DNA from: Chiloscyllium plagiosum
Lineage: Eukaryota
Direction: 5' to 3'
Length of the DNA stretch: 64,000 nt
Assembly: GCF_004010195.1 (NCBI RefSeq)
Contig: NC_057718.1
Coordinates: 57,365,023 to 57,429,022, forward strand
Below the pieces are notes generated by a model. The model was not told where the DNA came from, did not search any database, and was given only the letters and a program-made list of their open reading frames with translations. Positions 12,101 to 27,100 of this stretch are shown in pieces; the first letter of the stretch is position 1, and each line of letters opens with the position of its first letter. A program made the translations under genes and the position numbers.

Positions 12101-15100
12101 AAAATCTGCTTATCTTAATTCTTAAAATACTAAAATTGCTTCATCACCTCCTATAAAAGGCTCAAAACTATTAAACTTTTTACCTCCCTCAGTCTTTCCC
12201 TCTTCCTACAACCTTTAGGTTGGCAGCCCTTAATGACTTCTTCCTGCTTTATCTCATCTTCTGTCTTACATCTTGGTAGTATCCTGCACTGTGGGCCTCG
12301 GCCCTTTATCTAGATTTCTTAATATAAATAAAAAGGAATGTAAAAGGTGGGAAAACAATTAAATAATTAAAAAATACAAGCTGAGTAGTACAATTATACT
12401 TTTTTCTATTTAGGGACACTGGGATGAATCTTGTTTAAATATGCAAGAGTGCCAAGTTAGCTTCACAGCATAGAAGCAAATTGCTTTGACCAATAGATCT
12501 GTGGCTAGTGTTTATACTCTACACAAGCCTCCTTCCACTTTATTTTGTCTCACCCTAACATACTTCTATGCTTCTATTCCTCTTGTTTCATGCACTTATC
12601 TAGCTTCCACTTAAATGCACCCAAGCTATTCACCTCAAATCACCCCATGTAGCAGCAAGTTTGATATCCTCACCATTGTACTAGTCTATACCAAGGTCGC
12701 AGGTTTTACAGGTTCACAGAACAAAGTTTCATAGAGATGTACAGCACGGAAACAGACCCTCATCCTCGATAACAAGAACTATGTATTGCTGATACTGCAG
12801 TTAAGTGTTGAAGATGTTTTCTTTAAAATCTCCTTTGTCAAGGAGCAATTTGAAATAACACGTTGCAAGGAATTGTGTGTGACTTGGAGATGATGTTTCA
12901 ATAATACTGCTAGTCGTCTCTGTAAGACCATAAGGAATAGGTGCAGGAGTAGGCCAATCGGCCCTTTGAGCCCACTCTGCCATTCAATAAGATTATGGCT
13001 GATCTTTTCATGGTCTCAGTTTCACTTACCTCTCACTATAACCCTTAAATTCCTTTACTGTACAAAAAAAAAATCTATCTTAGCTTTAAAAACATTCCAT
13101 GAGGAAGTCTCAACTACTTCATTTGGCATGGAATTCCACAGATTCATAACCATCTTCCTTGATAATAGATTCAAGCATTTTCCCCATTACAGAAGTAGAC
13201 CTGTAGATTCACCATAACCCCTTCACTACAACTGGGTCAAAATTCTGGAAATCCTTTCTCAATATCATCATGGTCCATCCCCAAAGTAATCAATAACAAG
13301 GTATGTTGTTTACGTACCTCCATTTATTGCAAGTACATCAGGATCATTGACACCATCCACTGCGATGAGGTTACAAACAATCTTAAACAAATGAAAGAAT
13401 CATACCTTCAGTCTAAAACCTGGATTATAAATATTTCTGCAAACAAATGTGGCATGTGGATGTAAGTTTGCTCGTTGAGCTGGGAGGCTACATCATCAGG
13501 AAATTACACCACCAACCCAAGGAAACCTAAACACAAATAAAAAGTGGGCCATACTACCAGTGCTTCACCGGAGGCTAACTGATGATGTTACCTAGTATGG
13601 TGATGAAACATTTGAAAACGAACCTTCCAGCTCAGCAAGCAAACTTACATTCAGAGTAACCTGAGCTACAAATCTTCTCAAAACTTGCTAAATGTGATAC
13701 GTTTTGATCATCAATAGCAGGCTATTCCAAAGAGGCTGCAAAAAGGGGGGAGAAGATGAAATATGACAGTATGCTAGCTACTAATATAAAAAGATGATTG
13801 CAAGAGATTTCTTAGATATGCAAAAAAGGTAAGAGAGCGCCACAAGTCGACATTGGACAAATGGAAAATGAAGCTAGAGAAGTAGAAATAAGGAACAAAG
13901 AAACGGTGGAGAAATTGAGTAGATCCTATGCATCTGTATTCATAGTGGAAGACATCAACAGCATACAAAAACTTCCAGAGTATCAGGGGGGCAGAGGGGA
14001 GTGTAGTGGTCATCACTAAGGAGAAGGTGCTGGGGAGGCTGAAGGATCTGAAGGTGGATAAAACACACAGACAAAATGAACTACATGCCAGAATTCTCAA
14101 GGAGATAGCTGAAGAGATTGTAGAGACATTTGATGGTGACCTTTCAGGAATCACTGGAGTCAGGGAGGTCTCCAGAGAACTGTAAAATGGTTGATGTAGC
14201 ACTCTTGTTTAAGAAAAGGAGGGAGACAGAAGACTATAGGCTGGTTAGCCTGACCTTGGTTATTGGTTATTTTAGAATCCATTATTAAAGACAGGATTGT
14301 GGAGTGCTTGGAAGTACATGGTAACAGTGCTAAGCCAGCATGGCTTTATCAAGGGTGGTTATTTCTGATAAATCTGTTATAATTCTTTGAGGAGACAATG
14401 AGCAAGTTAAACAAAGGAAGCCAGTGAATGTGATCTATTTGAATTTCCAGAAGGTCTTTACCAAGATGCCGCGCAAGAGACTGCCAAATATGATATGGGT
14501 CCATGGTGTTAGGGGTGAGGAACTGGCATGGATAGAGTAATGGTTGACTGGTAGAAGGCAGAGACTAAGTATAAAAGGGTCTTTTTCAGGATGGCAGCCA
14601 GTGATTAGCAGAGTTCCAAAGGGGTCTGTATTGCACCAGAACAATTCAAGTTGTGAAGATCTAGATGAAGGAACTGTGGGCATTATTGCTAAGTTTGCAG
14701 ATGACACAAAGGTAGTTGGAGGGACAGGCAGTGTTGAGGAAGCAGGAAGGCTACAGAAGGGCTTGAGACAGGCTGGGAAAGTGGGCGAAGTGGTAGATGG
14801 AATACAATGTGAGAACGTGTGAGGTCATGCACTTTGACAGGAAGACGACAGGATAGACTATTTTCTAAATGGGGGAAGGCTTCAGAAATCCGAAGCATAA
14901 AGGGTCTTGGAAATCCTTGTTCAAGATTCTCTTAAGGTTAACATGCAGGTTCAGTTGGCAGTTAGGGAGGCGAATGGAATGTTAGCATTCATTTCAAGAG
15001 GGCTAGAATACAACAGCAGAGATGCACTGCTTAGGTTGTATAAGGTTCTGGTCAGACTCCTTTTGAAACATTGTGAGCAGTTTTGGGCCCTGTACCTAAG

Positions 15101-18100
15101 GAAGGATTTGCTGGCTTTGAAGGGAGTCCAGACGAGGTTCAGGATGAAGGACGTGCCGAATAAGGAGTTGTGGAGGACTCTTGCTCTGTACTCAGAGGTT
15201 AGAAGGATGAGATGGGCTCTGGCAAAATTACAATGCTGAGAGGCCTGGACAGAGTGGTATGTAGAAATGTTTCCATTATTTTGAGAGTCTGAACCCAATA
15301 ACAACCTCAGAATGAAGGGATGACCCTTTAGAACTTAGATAAGGAGAAATTTCTTCAGCCAGAAGGTGATGGATCTGTGGAACTTGTTGCTGCAAAAGAT
15401 AGGGTCTTGATTGTTCAGGGGATCAAGGGCTACAGGGATAAGGCAAGATAATGGGGTTGAGAAACATATTAGCTAGGATCCAATGGCAAAACAAGTTCAA
15501 TGGATTTAATTCTGCACCCAAACCTTGTGGACTACATACTTTTAGAAACACTCTAAAAGTCAAATAAATTATTAATATGATACTAACAGCCATGTTAAAA
15601 ATTAACTACATTACAAATTAACATTGACTATTTAAAATTAATACAATTTATTACAATTATATGAACAATGAACAAGAAACAACATTGTAACAATAAGCAA
15701 AATAACTACAGGAGCTTCACATACAATTGTGCAGCTATTAAAGTTTCATTGACGTTCATTGTTCCAGTCACGATTTTAAAATAATATAAATTTTGCTTAC
15801 AGCATTTACAGCTTGTTTAAATATAGATATTTCAACCAAAGCAATTAGGCAAAATACAAATTTGGCAAATGTGTTCAAAGTAGCATTTTCCAAAATGTCT
15901 CAGTTGTTAATTTTATCCATTATTTACCTGTGTATCATAAAAGTAGCCTGAAGGAAACAATGGCCTGATCGAACGGTCTGAAGAAGCAACAGAAAACAAA
16001 TAATTTACAATGCTGAACACATTTACAATTATGAAAGCCTTGGAAAACAAGCCTATATTTTCATCATGTGCCTGCCTTTCCAAGCCTTTTTGGTTTACCT
16101 TCTGAATTTGAAATGTAAACTGCTTTCTCTCCACAGATGCTACTAGATATGCTGAGTTTCTCCAGCTCACTGTTATTGCATGGTTTTCCTTCAACTTGAC
16201 AAATGGGGAAACATTGTCTGAACTGGGCCAAAGACTTCAAGAAATGTGGTATTAAGTGCTACTCTGGATTTGCTGATCAGAGGCACCTTTCAACTACTCT
16301 CCATGCTTACTACTTATGTTTCTCTTTGTTAAAATACCAACTAGGAACAAAAATGCTAATGCACTGAGGACAACTAACTGTTTGCTGGCCAGAAGTAGTA
16401 ATTCTCATTGGGTCAATGGATTCACAAACAAGGGTAATTACCTTTCAAACCAGGCATTTTTATAATTCAATCCAAATACTTTTAACATGTTCCATAAAAT
16501 GCATGGACCACATTTCAGCCAAACAACATCATGTAACATTTTAAAATATTTCTACTCGTAAAGTAAAGCTTCTGTAGATATTAGAAATGGAAACAAGTCA
16601 AAATACTTTACTAGAAAATATTCATCCTTACGGTCAAGGGATGGCAAAATATAAAATTGTTGCTGCAAGTACCATAAGCTATTTTTAGAAATGAATCTGA
16701 AAAAAAATTGCACAATAAGCCTATTCTGCATTAGATGATCTTACCAATTATTCTGCTGGTCAAAATCTCATTATCTGTGTAGCCCATTTCTCTTCGTAAA
16801 TAGGTTGTTGGTATTCTTCCTGCAGCAGCAGCTTTTTGACGGTAATCAACCTATTAAGAAAAGTCTGTTAGTCTCCAGCAGATTCTACAATATCAACCAG
16901 ATATTAAATGTTAAGAAAAACTTACCACCAATGGCATAAATTGAGATGCAGTAGGCTTTGTCTTGCTGACAGCTGTAACCATCACTGATGTCTCTCCTAA
17001 CTTCATGATGAGAAAACTAAAGTTAGCAGTTTAAAATCCAAAAGGCTTTTTTCCAAATGATCAACTCAGCAAACAAATATTAACATATTCACATTAGTTT
17101 ACATTTTTTTCACAATTCTACTGTGAATCATTTACAGTTTTCTTATCCTTCAATACTCTACTTCAAAATGGCTGTTCCTTATGATCAGACAGCTGAGTTC
17201 ATAGTTGGGCAAGCTGATACAATACTATTCATCAATCAGCTCAGCAGAGTGTTTTAATGAAATTCATTTCCAGCAGAGCAAGGAATTAACCTTAAGGCTG
17301 CACACTGACCCAAGGGTGTTGCAATCGACTGTATATTTCATTCTGACAACAATAGAGGAGGTGCTTAATGCAAGGTTTTTGATAGTTCACTGAAGAAACT
17401 TTGAGGGATCATTGAAGAGACCATATCAGGAGTTCTACAGTTAGATGTATTGCTTGGAAAGCAGCTGAACTACATAGCCCCACGTAGAGTGCTGACTTAG
17501 GAGTTATGAAAAGCTCAATGGTTCTGTGTGTTTAGAACCCTGGGGAACAAATTCTAGGAATTAATAAAGAGCCAAATTTTGGACTCAGAAGTATTCCCAG
17601 GGAGCTGAGTAAGTGGGAAAGTCACTGGCTCTGTACAACAGGAAGCTGAGATGCACTGGGCAGAAGTCTATGAGCATTAATATTTCACTGCAACTGAGAG
17701 TAAGAATTGAAAAGCTTAGAACAGTATTTGTTTGAAGAAATGGGACAAGATTAGAACCTGGGGTGGGTGGTGCACAGGTTTAACACTGGATCATTGAATC
17801 TAGCTTTTAGTGAATAGCTCACATTCTGCTTGTGAACAACTATTAGAGTGCAGTTTTGGAACCTGATCGGCTATAAGTGGGCAGCATGGTGGATCAGTGG
17901 TTAGCACTGCTGCCTCACAGCGCCAGCGACCCGGGTTCAAGCCCAGCCTTGGGCGACTGTCTGTGTGGAGTTTGCACATTCTCCCAGTGTTTGTGTGGGT
18001 TTTCTCCCACAGTCCAAAGATGAGCAGGTTAGGAGAATTGGTCATGCTAAATTGCCCATAGAGTTAGGTGCATTAGTCAGGGGTAAACATGGGGAATGGG

Positions 18101-21100
18101 TCTGGGTGGGTTACTCTTCAGAGGGTCAGTGTGGACTAGTTGGGCCGACGTGCCTGTTTCCACACTGTAGGGAATCTAATTTAATCTATAATGAGAGCAG
18201 TAGCTCATGTAGTCCATTATGGTGTAGTTAGAGGGGATGTTTTAAGGCCAGATTTGCAAAAGTGAAGAATTGTGATTGCTTTTGAAGTTTAGTGAGATTT
18301 ATGAACCACTATTTCAATAATGTCAAAGGGGGAATTGCTAAGAAATCTGTGGGATCTGTCTAGATTACATTTGCTATTTAATGAATGCTTTGGGGCATTT
18401 AATCACAGGTTAAATTGGATATTAGAATATAAATTGCGTATGGATTGCAGATTACATTACTTTGTAATACTGTATAGTCAAGCTCGTTGTTCGTTTTTGT
18501 CAAGAAAAAGAAAGAAGCATATGACAGGGACAGACAGCAGAGATCTTGTGAATCCTTAGAGTATAGAGGCAGTAGGAAAATACTTAAGAGGAAAAACAGG
18601 ACAGCAAAAAGGGGACATGAGATAGCGTTGGCAAATAAGGTTAAGGAGAATCCAAAGGGATTTTATAAATACATTAAGGACAAAAGGGTAACCAGGGAGA
18701 GAATACGGCCCCTCAAAGATCACAAAGACAGCCTGTGTGTGGAACTGCAGGAGATGGGGAAGATACTAAATGAGTATTTTGCATCAGTGTTTACTGTGGA
18801 AATAGACATGGAAGGTAGAGAATGTGGGGAAATAGATGGGGACATCTTGAAAAATATCCATATTACAGAGGTTGTAGTGCTGGAAGTCTTATAATGCATA
18901 AAGATAGATAACTCCCCAGGACCTGATCAAGTGTACCCTAGAACTCTGACAGAAGCTAGGGAAGTAATTGCTGCGCCCCTTGCTGAGATATATGTATCAC
19001 TGATAGACACAGGCGAGGTGCTGGAAGACTGGAAGTTCGCTAACATGGTGCCACTGTTTAAGAAAGGAGATAAGGGAAAGCCAGGGATCTATAGAACGGT
19101 GAGCCTGACGTCAGTGGTGGGCAAGTTGCTGGAGGGAATCCTGAGGGTCAATGATTTACATGTTTTGGAAAGGCAAGGACTGATTAGGGATATAGTCAAC
19201 ATGACTTTGTCCGTGGGAAATCATGTCTCACTAACTTGATTGAGTTTTTTGAAGTAGTAACAAAGAGGATTGATGAGGGCAGAGCAGTGGAAGTGATCTT
19301 TATGGACTTCAGTAAGGCATTCAACCAAGTTCCTCACAGTAGGCTGGTTAGCAAGGTTAGTTATATGGAATACAGGGAGAACCAACCATTTAGAGACAGA
19401 AGGTGGTGGTGCAGGGTTGCTTTTCAGACTGGAGGCCTGTGACCAGTGTTGTGCCACAAGGATCGGTGGTGGGTCTACTACTTTTTGTCATTTATATAAA
19501 TTATTTGAATGTGAACATAGGAGGTAAAGTTACTAAGTTTGCAGATGACACCAAAACTGGAGATGTATCAGAGAGTGAAGAAGGTTACCTCGGAGTGCAA
19601 CGGGATCTTGATCAGTTGGGCCAATGGGCTGAGGAGTGGCAAATGGAGTTTAATTTAGATAAACTTTGCAAAGGCAAATCAGGGCAGGACTTATACACTT
19701 AATGGTAAGGTCCTGGTAAGTGTTACTGAACAAAGAGACCTTGGGGTGGAGGTTCATAGTTCCTTGCAAGATGCCTCATGGCATTTGGTATACTTTCTTT
19801 TATTGGTCAGGGGAGAGAGTACAGGAGTTGGGAGGTCATATTGCTGCTGTACAGGACATTGCTTAGGGCACTTCTGGAATGTTGTGTGCGATTCTGGTCT
19901 CCCTCCGATCGGAAGGATGTTGTGAAACTTGAAAGGGCTCAGAAAAGATTTACAAGGGTGTTGCCAGAATTGGAGGATTGAGCTATAGGGAGAGGCTGAA
20001 CAGGCTGGGGCTATTTTTCCTGGAACGTCGGAGGCTGAGGGGTGACCTTATAGAGGTTTACAAAATCATGAGGGACATGAACAGGGGAAATAGAAAACAG
20101 TCTTTTCCCTGGGGCGGGGAAGTCCAGAACTAGAGGGCATAGGTTTGGGGTGAGAGGGGAAAGATATAAAAGGGACCCATGAGGCAACCTACTCATGCAA
20201 AGGATGGTGTGTGTATGGAATGAGCTGTCAGAGGAAGTGATGGAGGCTGATACCTTTGAAATGTTGTAATTGTATCTGGATGGGTACATGAATAGGAAGG
20301 GTTTAAGGGGGATATGGGTCAGGTGTTGGCAAATGGGACCAGATTAGTTCAGGATATCTGGTCGGCATGGACGAGTTGGGCTGAAGGGTCTGTTTCCGTG
20401 CTGTACATCTCTGTGACTTCATGTTGACTAAAGGTTGTGGTACAGATGAGCAAGGGTAAAAGAAAACCAAATATTCGGCATCATTTCTATATAGACAGAA
20501 TTGAAAAGTAGGAAAGCTAAATCAAACCTGTATTAAACTATGGTTCGAACATATGCTGTGTGCATTGTTGGTTGTCATAAATCGGACACGAGGTACTGGA
20601 GAGACTGTAAAGAAGATTTAAAAAGATTGTACCATAAATGCATAGCTTAACATATCAGGAAAGAGTTGACAGGTTGAATACCTTGAGAAAAGACAGCTGA
20701 GAGAATTCTAAATAAAGGTCTTTAAAATTGTGAAAGGTTTTGATAGAGTGGATATAGAGAGAATGTTTCCTCTTGCGGGGAAGAATATAGCTGGATGCTG
20801 AAAGGTAAAATAGAGAGAAAGAAATCCAATATCAAAAAGAGTGATAAGAATGTGAATTTGCTCCATTTGATTGACGAGAATATCAAAGCATATAAAAAGT
20901 GAATAAACTGTAACAAAGATATTTTTAGAGAAGAAAAAGGAAGAAGTTTGAGTCAAGTATAAACATTGATATGAACTATATGTACTGAATGACTTGTTGC
21001 TGTGCCATATATCCAATGAATGCGTTGTTACACCGTGTAGGAGGCATTAGCATTGTAGAAAGTAGGGTTTATGAATACTCATGGTCATTTGACACCCAAA

Positions 21101-24100
21101 GATTGATGCAATATATTGGATTCAACTTTTATCTAGTTTCTACATCCATAATTTAATGATTTTTAAAAAAAAAACGTTCTCTTATAGTACCTAAATAAGT
21201 AACATCTACTTTGATTTTGGAGTTTTCCCACATCAAGAGATACATGAACCGGACAAAGCTTGTTTCTTTCTGGGACAAATAGCTAGTTTATAACCTGAGT
21301 TCCACATCAAACATGGCTGATCAAAGAGATTTTCATGCACTAACAGTCTGCCACAGATTTATGGGGAAACTTTGATCATGTTGCTCACATGTACTTTCCA
21401 AGACCACCAATGTATGGAGTGGTACTTGAACATGGAGCTTCTAGTTCAGAGTACAAGATATACCTACTGTGCCACAGGATCACCAAATCATACTGAAATT
21501 TCAATGCCTCAATTCCCTACTGGTTAGGGGCAAGTCAGTCAAACTCTATACAGACATCCTAAAAAATAGTTTACCTGCACCAAAGCACATCCATCTGCAA
21601 ATCTGGCAAGCTTCCCTGTGGAGATTTCAAGCTTTCTATCGAAACAAAGAAATGAAACATCGTAAGTAAAACAATATTTCTCTTTAGTATATTACAATCT
21701 TATTTGGGATATCATAATGTTTAGGATAATAATTTGTCATGGGAACTTCTCACTCATCTTTATTAAACAAAACAATTATAGGAATAAATCTATCAATCAA
21801 CTTAAATGATAGTTTTAAAATACACCATTAATTGATAAAATCAAAATGCAAAAGCTAGCTTCTAAAATCCTACCACCAATTTTCATTTGGTTCTTTTAAA
21901 GACAAAAGGCCTTGCTACAGACAAGAAGGTGGGCAAGAGACCTGCTGTCTTGTCTCCAGAACTATCCACAAACCGTTGCATTTTCAAGACAGAAAACAAC
22001 ACAACTGCCAACTGTAGGTGGGAATCATGCACGTTCTTCCTCAACACTCCCTTGAGCACAAATTGAGAATGAAAACTCAATTTGAGAAACACGAATACAA
22101 ACCCATTTCCTATTTTAGCAAGTATTTGGGCATTGAATCAATTCTCAAATTTATTTTCCAACTGTTAAGTCCAGCAAAATTGTCTAGTTGTCCTGGGCCA
22201 TTAAACAATGTTCCTTCAACTAAAATGTCTCATTTCATTGTCTAAAATCAGAAATCAACACCTTCAAGAATATAACTGGTGTTATCGCGCCAAATAAGCT
22301 AACCTTGTTATATATACTTAGTGCAGGAACATTGGTTCATGTTGGGCTTGGTCGGCCTTCCAGTTTGTAGACTCAATTTCCAATCTATGTCATGGGATAA
22401 GAATTAGAACAGGAATGTAAATACTCACACCCATTCCAAAATAAAAACATTGCTTGTTACAGCACTCCAACTACTTCCTAGATTTAGGACAATGACTGTT
22501 AGAAGACAAGTGGGCTGCATTGTCCTTAATGGAGTTGAACTGCTTGAATGTTATTGGAGCTGCATTCATCCTATTGAGTAAGGAGCTTTCAGTTACACTT
22601 CAGATTTATGCCTTGTAAACTGTTGACAGGTTTTGGGGAATTAGGTGGTGAGTTAATCATCACAAAACTTCTAGCTTTTACTGCTATGGCATTAATATGG
22701 CTGGTCCATACTAGAGTAAGGTAATGGCGTTGAATGTCAAGGCGGATAGGTTTTCTTCTTTGGAAACTTGTGAGAAAAATTTACTTGAAATTTATTAACC
22801 TGAGGCTGTACTTTGGCCAGGGCTTACAGACTATGAACTCAGACTACTTTGCCTGAGGAGCTGTGAATAGCATTGAACACTGCAATTATCACTGAGTATC
22901 CCCACTTTATTGATCTTATACATCTCTATAAATGAGCATCTACGGTGAGCATTGCTCTTGATGTGGTTTCCTCTACACTGGGGAGACAGGATACCAACTT
23001 GGGGAATGTTTCGGAGAACATCTTCGGGACACACATACACGAAACAACCCCACAGCCCTGAGGCCGAACACTTTAACTCCCCTCCCACTCCGCCAAGGAC
23101 ATGCAAGTCCTGGGCCTCCTCCACCTCCATACCCTAGCCACCTAACACCTGGAGGAAGAACGCCTCATCTTTCACCTTGGGACCCTCCAACCACACAGGA
23201 TCAATGTTGATTTCACTAGTTTCTTCAATATCTCTCCTTGCACCTTTATTCCATATCCAACTCGGCACTGCCCTCTTGAACTGTCCTATTTGTCCATCTT
23301 CTTTCCCACCTATCTGCTCCACCCTCCTCTCCAAACTTTCACCCTCACCCTCCACCTTCATCTACCTACCAGCTATCTTCCTCTGAGCCCCACATACCAC
23401 CCACCCTTATTTATCTCTCAGTCCCCTTGGGCCATCAGCCCATTCCTGATGAAGAGCTCATGCTCGAAACAGCAACTCTCCAGCTCCTCGGACGCTGCCT
23501 GACCGGCTGTGCTTTTCCAGCACCACACATTTTGACTCTGATTTCCAGCATCTGTAGTCCTGACTTTCTCCTAGTTGATTTCTAAGGGCTGTTGAGATTC
23601 AACTACATTGATATTAGTTTGAAATCACGAACGCCAGATTAGCTGAAGGTAGTGCCTTTAATTAAATAGACAGATGCATTGATCATGTTATCAACAATCC
23701 AGTTTATTGTGGGAAAGGAATTCCTGTCTCCTGATTATTAATTCAGATCTCTGGATTACTAGATGAATAGTGTGACCACTTGCAATTGCTCCTTGTCATG
23801 AACTGAACTACTGAAAGTGAAAAAGCTTCTGAGGATAGTATTATCTTCCCTGAGTGAAGTCAAATATGGCCTCATCTCCATTTCTTCTTCATATCAGGAC
23901 CAGTAATCTTTTGCTCTTTAATACTTTCCCTAAACGTAGGTTACATTCACACTGTAGAATCATTACGAGTCCATTCTGACACCACATACAATACAAGTGG
24001 CAGCTCAAAGCTGAGTTAGCACAGAACTAAATGTGGTGAAGCAATCTGGAGGAGGGAGTTTTACTCCCAACTCACTCCAGAAGCAATGTGGGCTACACAC

Positions 24101-27100
24101 AATGAAATTCATTGAAAACTAAAAACTGCTTTTCAACTTTTTTTTTGTGCGGCCGGTTTGTTGGAGTGGCATTGAAAGGCAAGTTTACCCACTAGCTGTG
24201 TATTTTGAACTTTGGTGATAAATCATTGCTTAATCTACAGACTCTGCCACAAGTGAAGCAGGTGGTGCTTCATGTATTGGATAGGTGGGTTGATTGGAGG
24301 TTGTGCACTCTATCCAATACCTCAACTTCACCTCTGTTCATTCCTGACAAAGTCACAATGTGTTTGGTACAAGCAAGTGCCACTTGCTAAGAATTATCAA
24401 TGATAGAAGGTATCATTTTGCTGATGGGACAACAATTTTTTAAATTGGTTTTGCCTTTTTGTGGTTAAAACATACCTGGACAATTTTCCCCATTGCAAGG
24501 TAGGTGCCAGTGTTGTTATTGAGCAGGAAAAAAGTGGTGAGGGCACACTTGGTTTAGGTACCTTAGGTATATTAAAGGAAAAAGAACAACGAGAGAGAGA
24601 ATAGGGCCCCTCAAGTGGATGAGTATTCGTAGAATTGCAGGAGATGGGTGACGTTCTCAATGAATATTTCTCCTTTGTGTTTACCATGGAGAAAGAAAGG
24701 ACATGAAGACTTGGGAACTTGGGGAAGTTAGTGGCGATTGTTGAGGACAGTCCATATTACAGGAGGAGGAGGAGCTGGATGTATTAGAATGTATGAAAGT
24801 GGATAAATCGCCTAGTCCTGACAAGATATATCCAAGAACACCGCAAAAGGCTAGAGAAGAAATTGCTAATTGGCTAATAGTTTTCCATCATTGCTAGCCA
24901 CGGGTGAGGTCCTGGAAGACTGGAGGGTAATGAATGTTATGCCCTTATTCAAGAAGGGCTGCAAAGAAAAGCCTGGGAACTATAAACCAGTAAGTTTAAC
25001 ATCGGTGATGACTAAGGTACTCGAGTAGACTGAGGGATAAGATATACATATATTTGGAATAACAGCGTTTGATTAGAAGTAAGCATGGCTTTGTGAGTAG
25101 GAGATCATACCTCATGAATTTGTTAGAGTTCTTTGATGAAGTGACTGGGAGGGTTGATGCGGGCAGGGTGGTAGATGTAGTCTATATGGATTTTAGTAAG
25201 GCCTTTGATAAGGGTCCGCATGGTAGGCTGCTCTGGAAGATTAGATCACATGGAATCCAGGGCATCCAATCCATGAAACTGGACACAAAATTGGCTTGAT
25301 GGTAGAAAGCAGAGGGTAATAGTGGAAGGTACTTATCGATTGGAGGCCTCTGATTGCTGGAGTGCCTTAGGGGTCAGTGCTGGGCCTACTACTCTGTTAT
25401 CTATATCAACGATTTGGATGAGAATGTACAAGGCATGATTAGTATGTTTGATAATGACACTAAAATAGCAGGTATTGTGGATAGTGAGGAAGATTATCAG
25501 AAATTACAGCAGACCTTGATCAGCTGGGGAAGTAGCTGAGAAATAGCAAATAGAGTTCAATATAGATAAGTGTGAGGTCTTGCATTTTGGAAAGTCAAAT
25601 CAAGGTAGGAGTTCATGGCGAATGGTAGGGCCTTAGGAGTGTAGTAGAACAGAGGGATCTTGAAATTCTGGTTCACAGTTCTCTGAAAGTGGAGTCACAG
25701 GCAGACAGGGCAGTGAAGGTAGAATTTGGCACACAGGCACTCATTAGCCAGGGCACTGAGTATAGAAGGTGGGAAGTTATCTTGCAGTTATACAGGATGT
25801 TGGTGAGGTCACACTTCGAGTATTGTGTTCAGCTTTGGTCACTTTGCTAGAAGAAGAATGTTATTAAACTGAAAAGACTGCAGAAGAAATTTACAATGAT
25901 GTCTGGATTCAATGATCTGAGTTATAGGGAGAGGTTTGTCAAACTAGGACTATTTTCTTTAGAGCGTAGTAGGCTGAGAGGGGACCTTATAGAGACATAC
26001 AAGATCATGAGAGGCATGGATAGGGTGAATGCACTCAGTCTTTTTCCCAGGGTTGGGGAAGAGTGGGCTGGAGGGCATCAGTTTAAACTTACTGGGGAAA
26101 GAATAAAAAGGAACCTCGGGGCAACATTTTTTTTTTAAACATAGAGGGTGGTACGTGTATGGAATGAGCTGCTAGCAGAAGTGGTTGAAGTGGGTACATT
26201 AACAACATTTAAAAGGCATTTGGACAAATACATGGATAGGAAAGGTTTAGAGCGATATGGGCCAAGTGTAAGGAAATAGGGCTAGCATGGATGGATATTT
26301 TGGTCAGCATGGATCAATTAGGGCCAAAAAGGGCTTTTTTCAGGCTGTAGGACTCTGACTCTATGACCTGGTTTTGGAGCACAACTCAAGGACTACAATT
26401 GGAATGCGGTCATGGTCCATAGCTTGCACCCAATACATTCAGCCATTCTTGATATCATATGGAATGAACTGAATTATCTGAAGATCTAATGCTGAGGATC
26501 TCAGCCTCTTGCACAGAAATGCTGGGCTCCCTCATCAATGAAGATGAGAATATTTATGGAGCTTCCTTCTCCTGTTTGTTGTTTAATTGTCCACATTCTT
26601 TGTAATTTTCAATTTCAGAGAAGTGACTGCTCAGCCATTGATATATTCAAGATAAGAGTGGTAGATTTTTGGGCACTGAGGGAATTCAAAGATATTCAGG
26701 AAATTGGAGGGGACACACAAAAAATGTTTAATGGTGGAACAAATTAAGGGCCAAATTGGTGCTTCCATTCTTATTTCTTTTCTTGTGCTCTATGTACAGA
26801 ATATAAAAATTAAAATGTAATTGCACATTTATATAAAGTTGTACACAATAAAAAGGATAAACTTCATCAACTTCCCTGCTAGCCCTTATTCCAAATTTAA
26901 GGCCTTTGCTTCAGTGCTACCTCACTTTCAACCACAATGTAAAATTCTATCATATTGTGGCCACTCATCCCTACAGGTTCTTTTGCACTACACAACACAA
27001 AATTTAAAATAGCCAGTCCTCAAACAGGCTCCTCACCATACTTTTCTCGAAAATCGATCTCTAACAGTTCAGATGCCATCCTCAACGCTTATGCTCAATT

